Assembly (NCBI GenBank): GCA_965248265.1
Contig: CBDFJF010000001.1
Span: 1,728,001-1,792,000, forward strand
Source: Candidatus Latescibacterota bacterium
Lineage (GTDB): Bacteria > Latescibacterota > UBA2968 > UBA8231
Direction of reading: 5' to 3'
Length of the DNA: 64,000 bases
The position numbers and the translations under genes were made by a program. The notes below the pieces were generated by a model. That model was not told the DNA's origin. It did not search any database and saw only the letters and a list, made by a program, of their open reading frames with translations. Position 1 is the first letter of the stretch. Every line of letters begins with the position of its first letter. This document shows positions 29,470-37,592 of the stretch, one piece after another.

Positions 29470-30783
29470 TGCAGCAACCGGGCTGATAGGTAACAGTCTA
29501 AACCGGGTTGATGGGTGACACTATTGTTTTGATTGAATTCACTCCCGTACGATCATGTCCCTCTCGTCGACGGTGGCTAGGAGGACGGTGTTGAAGTAGA
29601 TGGCCCAGACGCCGTCGTCGATCTCCTCGAGACCGATGTCGAGATGCTTGAGAGACTGAGCGATGAAGATGAGCTTGTGGCCGAGGCGTATGGTCCCGGC
29701 TCGGGTGACGTGCTTGATGACGAAGTGACCGGGGTACTCAATGGTCGGCATGCGGCCGGGATAGGGCCGGGGTGATGGGTGGTACCGGGAGCCAGGAGTC
29801 TTGCCGTTGAGGGCGTCATGGGGACGCTCGTCGTTGTAGAGCTGTCGGAAGCGCTGGAAGGATCGCTGCTGGGCGGCCTTGTTGGCGGCGGGTGGCCGAC
29901 AGGTAGCGGCCTTCAAGGTGCGATGCATGCGTTCGTGGGCGCCATTTTCCTGCGGCGATGCCGGGCGGATCCGCTGGTGCACGATGCCGAGCCTCATCCA
30001 CCAAACGTTGAGTCGGCATAGCCCATGCAATCCTCTGGAAGCAAAGGGAACGCCGTTGTCGGTGCGAATGGCCTGAGGCAGGCCGAATTCGCGGAAGGCT
30101 CTCTCGAAGACCGGACGCGCATGCAAGGTCTTGATGTCGGGCAGGGCGCGGCAGGTCAGGAGATAGCGAGTGTGCTGATCGCTGATGGTGAGAGGGAAAC
30201 ACCAAACTCCGTTCTTGGTAGGAAATTGGCCTTTGAAGTCGGCCGTCCACAGATCGTTGGGGTTGTCGGTGGTCGGCGGCACGGCTCCGGGGTGCTGACG
30301 TGGGCGTCGTCGTCGTCGCTTCTTCACCAGGCCTTCGCGCACCAGCAGATCGCCTGCCGTACTGACCGCCGGCCAGGAGCAGATGTGCGGATGTCGAGGC
30401 GCCAGCCAGTCCAACAGTTTGTTCGGTCCCCAATCGGGGTGCCGTGTGCGCGCTCCGAGAATGAGCTCGGCAATCTCTGGCGCCATGCGATGCGGACAGG
30501 TGTGGGGCGCGTGACTGCGGTCCTGTAACCCGGGCACCCCCTCTTCGGCGTGCCGCTGAAGCCACTTGTATCCGGTTTTGCGGCTGATCCCGTATCGCTC
30601 GCACAGCTCCGCTCTCGAGTAGTGCCCGCGCTGATCGTCGGCGATAAATCGCTTACGTTGTTCCATGGGTGCTGTCTCCATCCAGGGCATCGACCAACCT
30701 CCCAATTGGGGTTGGTCAAAAAGTAGAAGGAGTGTCACCCATCAACCCGGTCAGATGTGTTACCAATCTACCCGGTTTGTACC
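29470..30783 (-). mobile_element. IS481-family insertion sequence
   Basis: About 50-bp imperfect terminal inverted repeats, each with two AACCGGG..GAT.GGT.ACA units; ends approximate, no target duplication seen. Confidence 0.85.
29539..30690 (-). CDS. IS481-family DDE transposase
   Basis: MPWMET start, HTH GISRKTGYKW, WTADFKG, RTDNG, PQENGAHERMHRTLK, YNDERPH. Confidence 0.93.
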   Translation of the reverse strand: MPWMETAPMEQRKRFIADDQRGHYSRAELCERYGISRKTGYKWLQRHAEEGVPGLQDRSHAPHTCPHRMAPEIAELILGARTRHPDWGPNKLLDWLAPRHPHICSWPAVSTAGDLLVREGLVKKRRRRRPRQHPGAVPPTTDNPNDLWTADFKGQFPTKNGVWCFPLTISDQHTRYLLTCRALPDIKTLHARPVFERAFREFGLPQAIRTDNGVPFASRGLHGLCRLNVWWMRLGIVHQRIRPASPQENGAHERMHRTLKAATCRPPAANKAAQQRSFQRFRQLYNDERPHDALNGKTPGSRYHPSPRPYPGRMPTIEYPGHFVIKHVTRAGTIRLGHKLIFIAQSLKHLDIGLEEIDDGVWAIYFNTVLLATVDERDMIVRE

Positions 30784-30792
30784 GTGCACGTC

Positions 30793-30882
30793 ACTTAACA
30801 CACGGTTTGCGCTGCGGCGCATTCGCGCCTTGGCCTTCGGCAACCCGCATGCGCGGGTTCGCAAACCGGCAAGACGTTAGAT
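30793..30882 (+). repeat. attC-like site 3
   Basis: ACTTAAC...CGGTTTGCG/CGCAAACCG perfect arms...GTTAGAT. Confidence 0.9.
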
Positions 30883-30949
30883 GAAATGGGAACGGATGGA
30901 TTAAGGCCTCGGTCCCATATCTCCAAAAAGTGGTATACGGATACATAGG

Positions 30950-31453
30950 GTGAGAATCGTGACTACGTATTTCGCGGATTATAGGTGGTCTAAGCGCGAG
31001 CCAAAGGGGATATCGCCGATTGATGATCCCGCGGGCAAGGAGCATTTCCGCCTTTTTGAAGTCAATGGTGGCATGCGGCTAGAGCAGTTTGATGAGGCCG
31101 GCAAGTTCCGACGTCTTGTCTACTGTCCGCACGACGCGAAAATGGCGCGCGGTACGACATTTGAAGTCTCAGATGACCATACGCATAACATTCGTCGTTC
31201 TGAGGATGGTGCTGTGCGATCCTACGAAGTATACGTGTGGCCCGATGGCGACTATTCTGAGGATGTGCATCCGGAAGTCAGGATCTTCAATGAACACGGC
31301 AGGCTTGTGTGGCAACATCGACCACAGCGTGTGTCGGAATCTGCCTGGGATATTCACGTATTCGACGCGCTGGGCAAACCACGCGTGGTCTTGCACCACA
31401 CCGATTGCGACGGTCCTGAACCTGACACGATCGTTGAGGAATGGCTTGAATAG
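30950..31453 (+). CDS. Hypothetical protein (cassette 4)
   Basis: 167-aa ORF between sites 3 and 4; no motif recognised. Confidence 0.6.
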   Translation: MRIVTTYFADYRWSKREPKGISPIDDPAGKEHFRLFEVNGGMRLEQFDEAGKFRRLVYCPHDAKMARGTTFEVSDDHTHNIRRSEDGAVRSYEVYVWPDGDYSEDVHPEVRIFNEHGRLVWQHRPQRVSESAWDIHVFDALGKPRVVLHHTDCDGPEPDTIVEEWLE

Positions 31454-31547
31454 AGGAACGAACCGGCTGCATCAGGTAACACACTAGACGTCTGGGCCCA
31501 CGTGGCTTCTATTGTTGAGGTGCAGGCAGATGAGTGTCCCACATCAC

Positions 31548-31636
31548 ATATCACAGCAATTCACGCTACGCGCCGTTCGGCGCTAGACTTTGGGCAAGCC
31601 GCATTCGCGGCTTCGTGAATTGTGAAGACGTTAGAC
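31548..31636 (+). repeat. attC-like site 4 (degenerate R'')
   Basis: ATATCAC...CAATTCACG/CGTGAATTG arms...GAAGAC-GTTAGAC; same internal hairpin layout. Confidence 0.8.
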
Positions 31637-31652
31637 GAAACTGAGTCATAGT

Positions 31653-32420
31653 ATGGTACACGCCTGTGAGTTCGAATCCTTCCATTTGGATCAACTGCAG
31701 TATCTCATAAACAGCCATTTGGGATCACTGATCCCTGGATGGGCACTTCCGTCTGAGTACATCGCTTCCTGTCTAGAACGCAATCCAAGCGAATTCGTCA
31801 CTGATCCGTGGGTTTGCGAGCGCAAGACCTTCATCGCGATGAAGAATGACCGCGTGTGTGCTGCCGCCCATATTCTGAGATATCGAAAAGACTCGCCGGC
31901 AGAAGGCAGGGGTGAAATCGATTGGTTTGTGTGTTGGCCAAAGGAAGCAGAAGCAGGCGACGTCGTCTTATCAACTTCGGTGCAACAGCTTGATTCCTGG
32001 CAGACCCGCGCACCTTTGGCAGGGTGCAATCTCCCTGTGCGGGTTTTTTTTTTCGGGCGTACCAGAATCTTGGCAACGCATAATCGAGCTTCTCAAGCGG
32101 GCGGGCTTTACGCCAGGGCACGATGAGGCTGAGGCTATATACGGAGGGGGGCTGGCCTCGGTGGAACCATTGGCGGCGGCATGGCAGGCTTGTACGGTGT
32201 TGGGGTGGTGAAGAAGGCACGACGGCAAGGCATTGGAACTGCCGTAACAGCCGGTGCATGCTCATTTGCCCACGAATTGGGTTATCGTGCAGCGACATTG
32301 TTTGCTTCGGGTCAAGGCAAGTACTTGTATCCACATCTCGGCTTCGAGTTTATAGGCACATTCAGCCATTGGTCATATTCCAAGACGCGACAAAGAAAAC
32401 ATCAGGGGCTGAAGGCATGA
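31653..32420 (+). pseudogene. Disrupted GNAT acetyltransferase(s) (cassette 5)
   Basis: Frameshift at T10 run 32044-32053 and second break at G-run near 32146-32151; C-terminal piece has V..ARRQGIG..LY..LGF GNAT motif. Confidence 0.7.
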
Positions 32421-32424
32421 GGAC

Positions 32425-32458
32425 GCCTAACAAAGCGGATAGTTACTATCCGTTCACA
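32425..32458 (+). repeat. Truncated attC-like remnant
   Basis: CGCCTAAC just after the stop (1 mismatch to the complement of GTTAGACG), then short hairpin CGGATAGT-T-ACTATCCG. Confidence 0.5.
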
Positions 32459-32481
32459 AGCCTGAAAGGGGCCCTCCAAAA

Positions 32482-32946
32482 ATGGCGAAACGAAAAATCA
32501 GGGTTATTCATCCTACCGACCCCATAAATATCACCTTCGGAGCAGGCGATGAATATCGGTATCTTGCCACCGGAGACCACACGGACGGTGAATATTTCCT
32601 TGTTGAAGCCACTGTACCACCTGGTGGTGGCCCTCCCCCCCATATTCAAACCCGAGAGGAAGAAGCGTTCTATATTTTAGAAGGCGAGCTTACGTTTTAC
32701 AGCGAAGAGGGAGAGATTGTCGCCGGACCCGGAACCTATTTAAACATCCCCAAAGGGGCCACGCATCGTTTTCGCAACAACGGGAATCAGACGGCCAAGA
32801 TGCTCTTTTTCTTTGCGCCCGCCGGTATTGAAAAGCTCTTTGACGAGTTCAGTAAAATGGATGCCCCCGAAGACGACTTGAAAGCTGCAATCAAAGCCAT
32901 GAACACCTTGGGCCAAGAGTATGGTGTCGAGTACTTGGGAGAATAA
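32482..32946 (+). CDS. Cupin domain protein (quercetinase-like)
   Basis: GGGPPPHIQTREEEAFYILEG, PKGATHRF. Confidence 0.85.
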   Translation: MAKRKIRVIHPTDPINITFGAGDEYRYLATGDHTDGEYFLVEATVPPGGGPPPHIQTREEEAFYILEGELTFYSEEGEIVAGPGTYLNIPKGATHRFRNNGNQTAKMLFFFAPAGIEKLFDEFSKMDAPEDDLKAAIKAMNTLGQEYGVEYLGE

Positions 32947-33024
32947 GCTAGACAGGCGTGCCATCTTGGAACAACCGCTCGATAACCGAGTCGCATTATG
33001 ACTCTCCATCGAACGGAGACGCTC

Positions 33025-33639
33025 ATGAAGCTCACGAGTCTCTTCACGTCTCCTCAGATCGACATTCTCGCTGACCTTCACGAACGGGATAGCCGAGAAC
33101 GGCAGGAAGGGATACGAGAGGAGTCCAGTCTCAAGGCCCTTGCGCCGGCGGTCGCGCAGTTGCTTTACCTTCTCATTGTCCGAAAAAGCGCAAAGACGAT
33201 CGTCGAATTTGGCACCTCACACGGCTACTCAACGATTCACCTGGCCGCGGGGGCCGACAGGACGGATGGTCGCGTCTACACGGTGGACATGATTCCCGAG
33301 AAGACAACATCGGCTAGGGACAACCTCGCAGCGGCTGACCTCCTGCATCGGGTTACACTGGCGACTTGTGATGGAGCCGCCTTCGCTACGTCGCTGCCCG
33401 AGAGCATCGACTTCGTCCTGGTCGACTACGGCATCCCAGCGTTTGCGCCTGCCTGGGACGCGCTGCGCGGCAAGACTGAACCAGGGTGTCTAATTTTTTT
33501 CGATGGCGGCCCAAAGGGTTACTGGGAATCGGGGGCAGCAATGGGCTTCAAGGCGCTTCTTGAAGACGACCCCGCGTTCATTGTCTCGATCCTGCCGATG
33601 GAGAAGGACCAGTTGATCGGCGTAAGAATCGCGGAGTGA
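33025..33639 (+). CDS. Class I SAM-dependent O-methyltransferase
   Basis: IVEFGTSHGYSTIHLA, IDFVLVD; GGAG RBS. Confidence 0.85.
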   Translation: MKLTSLFTSPQIDILADLHERDSRERQEGIREESSLKALAPAVAQLLYLLIVRKSAKTIVEFGTSHGYSTIHLAAGADRTDGRVYTVDMIPEKTTSARDNLAAADLLHRVTLATCDGAAFATSLPESIDFVLVDYGIPAFAPAWDALRGKTEPGCLIFFDGGPKGYWESGAAMGFKALLEDDPAFIVSILPMEKDQLIGVRIAE

Positions 33640-33704
33640 TCAACCTTCAGTCTCCGTGAGGCTACCGCGACTGGGATGCGAATCAGATTAAGTGCGACCG
33701 ATGT

Positions 33705-33772
33705 ATACAGCAGCACTTGCGGATCAGGCCTGCGGGCCTTCGGCAAGTTCGCGAATGGGCGGAACGTTATAT
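33705..33772 (+). repeat. Degenerate attC-like site 5
   Basis: Retains GGCCTTCGGCAA and TTCGCGAA...GAAC-GTTATAT; left half eroded. Confidence 0.65.
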
Positions 33773-33823
33773 GACATATAAGATCCAAATGCATATAGAC
33801 ATCAGCAGGTCTATGTAAGGACG

Positions 33824-34875
33824 ATGGGGTTCCTGATGAGATCGGCGATATATGGTTTTCTTCTGGTGTGCGGCTGGACCGTTGGCAGCGAAGCGGAGGA
33901 GCGTAAACTCGGCGTGACGGTGGATCCCCGCATAGAATTGCTGTCGGTAGTTGGTGTTTTGGCGGGGCACCAGGGGCTTACCAACTATGACATCAGATAC
34001 AAGCAAGAGATTCTGAACCACTTTTCAGGGCATAGGGATCACCATGCCGTCAGGTTTCTGCGGGGCGTTATGGCCAGAGCCCTTGCTTCTGATGCTTACG
34101 CGATGGTGATGATTCATTTGTCTCAACCGCCAGCATTAGTCTTCGAGAGCCCAATCATCGATGACGAAATGGAAGACTATATTACGCGAGCGTTTGGTGG
34201 CGACATCAACATCATTGCATTCGTGGAAGGGCTCCGAGGCTTCGCCAACGACGCCAATTTCAATGAGTTTTTCGCCTCTAACGAGGACTTCTACCAATCT
34301 CTGCTCTCGGAAACTCTCGCCAAGCTTGGCAACACGGATTACATGGCTGCGCTCGAAGAGTCCTTGGACCAGTACTGCATCATGGCGGATTTGGGCCAAG
34401 TATCGTGCGTGATACAGGGATGATCGACCTTTTCAGTATTATCGGCCCTGTCGCAGAGAATGACGGTATTCCCGATTTCGGAGACGTTGCCAGACTTCAA
34501 GATGTCTTATGGCATGAGTTCGCCCATTCGTTTGTCGATCCCATAACCGCAGAGCATCTTGAAAGCGTCGAGAAATACTCAACCTTGTATGTCCCTATTG
34601 CAGATGAAATGATGAACGCCGGGGGGTATATGAACTGGCAAACCTGCGTTAACGAGCACATAATCAGGGCCATTACATGTCGATTGTTTCACGCTGAGAT
34701 TGGGCCAGCTGCCGGCGAGAAGGCGCTGGAAGCCGAAAGAGAGAAGGGCTTCAAGTACATCGACTCGATTTACTCTAGTCTGCTTATCTACGAAGCCAAT
34801 CGGTCCACGTACTCCTCCTTCGAGAGTTACTACCCCCAAATTGTTGCATCTTTCGGAGAGATTGCTGGAGAATGA
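33824..34875 (+). pseudogene. DUF4932-like secreted metallopeptidase (HExxH), frameshifted
   Basis: Signal peptide and VDPRIELLSVV; second frame LGPVLHHGGFGPSI...WHEFAHSF...NEHIIRA; break near 34360. Confidence 0.72.
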
Positions 34876-34910
34876 AAGACCCGATGTCCGTCGGTGTACT
34901 GTGCTCCAAC

Positions 34911-34933
34911 GTCACATAACAACACTGTTTCGC
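34911..34933 (+). repeat. attC-like left half-site, end of recognisable array
   Basis: GTCACATAAC (1 mismatch to the complement of GTTATATGAC at 33766) followed by AACACTGTTTCGC, similar to site 2. Confidence 0.65.
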
Positions 34934-35073
34934 AAGGAGTGATCGCTTTCACTATTGGGTATCCTTTTCTGGTTTCCAAATCTTGCTCATATCTATTAGT
35001 CTAAGACTGCACTTGGCCTTCTCTTTCACGGTGTTCGCTCTTAGCAGTTTCGAATCTCGAATTCACCTATGGA

Positions 35074-36072
35074 GTGTTGGTAGTGAATGAATCTGAAAGT
35101 TACGGCCCCGGCCCCGGACCGGGCATGCTGCTATCGACTGCACAGCTTGACGAGTTCAAAGCAGAGGGAGCGGTCGCGATTCCGGCATTGATACCTCCTG
35201 ATGTGCTTGCCGGATGGCAGGCTCAGATACGAGCCGCTTGCTCCGATGGCGTCGACTTTGACGACCCGGACACCTGGAAGCCCACTGGGCGCTACGCACC
35301 CGAGGGTGGCTGGCCCGAGTTCAGCCCCTGCCTGTATGATGTACCGAGTCTGCAGTCCATCGTGGAGCAGATCGGCGGCGGCGCCTTTGCCCCTTCCCAC
35401 CCAGCGGGGACGCGATGGACGCCGCAGGTACCGATGACACGGGTGATCCTGCCGAATGACCCGGACAAGGATTGGACCCCCCCGCACAACGGCCACCTCG
35501 ATGGCTACGCGTCAAGCTGGGGCGGGGGGTTCATGGCGATCTTCGTTGTGCTGCTCTGGGACGTCAGCAGCCCTACCGGCGGCGGCACAGCCTACTGGCC
35601 AAGGTCGCACCTGACCAATCACCGCTACTTCCTCAAGCACCCTGAGCAGTTCGACGGCTCGTACATGTTCTCTGAGCCTGTGAAGAGCGGTGGGCACCTG
35701 GCACTGTTGGAGGGGGACGACAGTGTGGGTGAGGTGGTATGCATGACGGCGCGAGCTGGCGACGCCATGCTGCTCCATGGCCTCACCACGCACATCGGTT
35801 CAGCTAACGCCCCGGGGACGAGGCAGGCACGGGTAGCGCAGTTTGCCCGGTACTGCTGCAGGGAAATGCGCGAGCAGGCACCGGCAGTCATGTTCCCTGA
35901 CAAGGATGGCACGCCATGGTCGCCGGACAAGGACGACCCCGCTGACGAACGAGCGAGGGCAACAGGATTTCTACCGCTGGATCACCCTGGCCGGCAGCTC
36001 TCACGATATGATGTGCCGGAAAACCTCTGGAAGTATTGGGGCCCTGCTGTCAACACAGAGCTCGCTGAATAA
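35074..36072 (+). CDS. PhyH-family dioxygenase
   Basis: HLDGY, GGGTAYWPRSH, AGDAMLLHGLTTH; start uncertain. Confidence 0.75.
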   Translation: MLVVNESESYGPGPGPGMLLSTAQLDEFKAEGAVAIPALIPPDVLAGWQAQIRAACSDGVDFDDPDTWKPTGRYAPEGGWPEFSPCLYDVPSLQSIVEQIGGGAFAPSHPAGTRWTPQVPMTRVILPNDPDKDWTPPHNGHLDGYASSWGGGFMAIFVVLLWDVSSPTGGGTAYWPRSHLTNHRYFLKHPEQFDGSYMFSEPVKSGGHLALLEGDDSVGEVVCMTARAGDAMLLHGLTTHIGSANAPGTRQARVAQFARYCCREMREQAPAVMFPDKDGTPWSPDKDDPADERARATGFLPLDHPGRQLSRYDVPENLWKYWGPAVNTELAE

Positions 36073-36388
36073 GTGAAGACCGATCTACTGCAGCGTGTGG
36101 TTGAGGTGTTTGCACGTGGATTCTGCTTTACGCGCAGTTTTACACACCCCTATCTGGCTGATGACGTCGGGCATGCAACCTGGTGCTCTAACATGTATGT
36201 GGATCCAAAATTTCGCCGTCGCGGAATCGGTCGAGCGATGATGTCTGCAATGCTGCGTGACGACCACACGAACGGCTCTGCGTTGGCCGTACTTACCGCC
36301 AGCCACACGGGTGCTAAACTCTATCCGGTTGTGGGGTACAAGCAAATCGGTACACTCTTTGTTGTTTACACCGAAGAAGAAGCAATAG
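36073..36388 (+). pseudogene. GNAT acetyltransferase remnant
   Basis: MYVDPKFRRRGIG..LY..VGY motif with very short N-part; removing one T near 36358 gives a natural end LLLFTPKKKQ*. Confidence 0.6.
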
Positions 36389-36440
36389 CAGCACAGCGAG
36401 TGCTCGATTCAGTCCCAAGTTCCAGTATCACAACTGAGAT

Positions 36441-36905
36441 ATGTCAACCCGACGGAAACCCAAGGTTGGAGTCCAGGCGCTCATCGTTCGTGACGGCTGC
36501 CTGCTGGCCATCGTCAAGGAATACCCTGAAGGTACCTCGTACATCCTCCCTGGTGGTGGTCAAGAGCATGGTGAAACACTGGCCATCGCGATCCAGCGCG
36601 AATACGAGGAAGAGCTTGGGGTGAAGGTGGAGGTTGAGAAACTCCTGTTTGTCCGCGAATACATTGGAAAGAACCACGAGAATGCTGTCGCAGACAGGGA
36701 TATTCACGTCGTAAACATCGTTTTCGCCTGCAGCGTACCTGAGGATTACCTCGCGGCCGTGGGGCCAGCACCCGATCCTGACCAGGTGGGTGTCACCTGG
36801 CTACCTATTGAGAAACTGAATCAATATCGATTCTATCCTGGTGCGCTTCGAGAAGCTCTGCTTGACATTGCTCAATGTCAGGTCTATCTGGGAGACGTCA
36901 ACTGA
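36441..36905 (+). CDS. NUDIX hydrolase
   Basis: Nudix box GGGQEHGETLAIAIQREYEEELG. Confidence 0.9.
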   Translation: MSTRRKPKVGVQALIVRDGCLLAIVKEYPEGTSYILPGGGQEHGETLAIAIQREYEEELGVKVEVEKLLFVREYIGKNHENAVADRDIHVVNIVFACSVPEDYLAAVGPAPDPDQVGVTWLPIEKLNQYRFYPGALREALLDIAQCQVYLGDVN

Positions 36906-36953
36906 GCCCTTGAGTGCAGGCCAGTTCGCCAACCAGACACAGGAGGCACAACA

Positions 36954-37505
36954 ATGGCTGCACAACATGCGACGATGAACCGACTGCAGCGCCGGGCAAG
37001 GAAACCTGGCGAACAACGCATCAGCGGCGCAGAAATCTGGCGACTGGTCGACCTTTCAAAGAGCAAGGACCCCGAAGACCGGTTGGAAGCCGCCGACAAT
37101 CTTTGTCCGTGCCACGTTCGACGGCGGATTGATGAAGTATGGGAGGCACTCTACCGGCTGCTCGAAGACTCGGACGTAAAGGTGCGCAAAGCCGCTTTCC
37201 ACACGCTCCACGACGGTGGCGATCTGAGTGACCCCGCTCTGGACCCGATCCTGGAGCGCGGAAGCAGGAATGAGACTGATCGAAAGCTCAAACGGACGAT
37301 CACGAGGCTGCTGAAGGAACGTGGCGTCAAGACGAGAGAACGAGCCGAACTCACCCAACAGGTACAAGTGACGGTCGGAGCATATCCCGAGCAAGGCAAG
37401 TGTGACTTCTGTGGAGAGACAGGCCCGGTCAAAAAGGACTTCGACACCACGATACCGGATCAAGGCGGCTCCAGACCGGCCATGATCTGCGCGGCCTGCG
37501 ATTGA
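36954..37505 (+). CDS. HEAT-repeat protein with CPCH motif and C-terminal Zn ribbon
   Basis: LCPCH, LLEDSDVKVRKAA, CDFC...CAAC; GGAGG RBS. Confidence 0.75.
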   Translation: MAAQHATMNRLQRRARKPGEQRISGAEIWRLVDLSKSKDPEDRLEAADNLCPCHVRRRIDEVWEALYRLLEDSDVKVRKAAFHTLHDGGDLSDPALDPILERGSRNETDRKLKRTITRLLKERGVKTRERAELTQQVQVTVGAYPEQGKCDFCGETGPVKKDFDTTIPDQGGSRPAMICAACD

Positions 37506-37592
37506 AATGAAAGCGCAACGTGGGGCTCTTGCCCAGCTTCCTTCTTTCAAGCCTGTAGCGCGGACGCCAGGCGTAGTGCGAAAGGAGGCCGT

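Larger units (their letters stand above)
26213..34933. mobile_element. Integron-like platform: integrase, primary site and cassette array
   Basis: Divergent integrase; co-oriented short ORFs separated by related palindromic repeats with ..AAC / GTT.. ends; complementary R boxes at cassette ends. Confidence 0.85.

Noticed and set aside
29816-30604. 262-aa alternate-frame ORF inside the IS as an IS3-type frameshift partner
   Set aside because: The transposase is complete in one frame and the alternate ORF is low-complexity Arg/Ala/Pro-rich.
28023-33772. Palindromic repeats as a CRISPR array or REP/BIME cluster
   Set aside because: Units are about 90-100 nt, separated by whole genes, bounded by AAC/GTT boxes, with no cas genes nearby; a cassette-site reading fits better.
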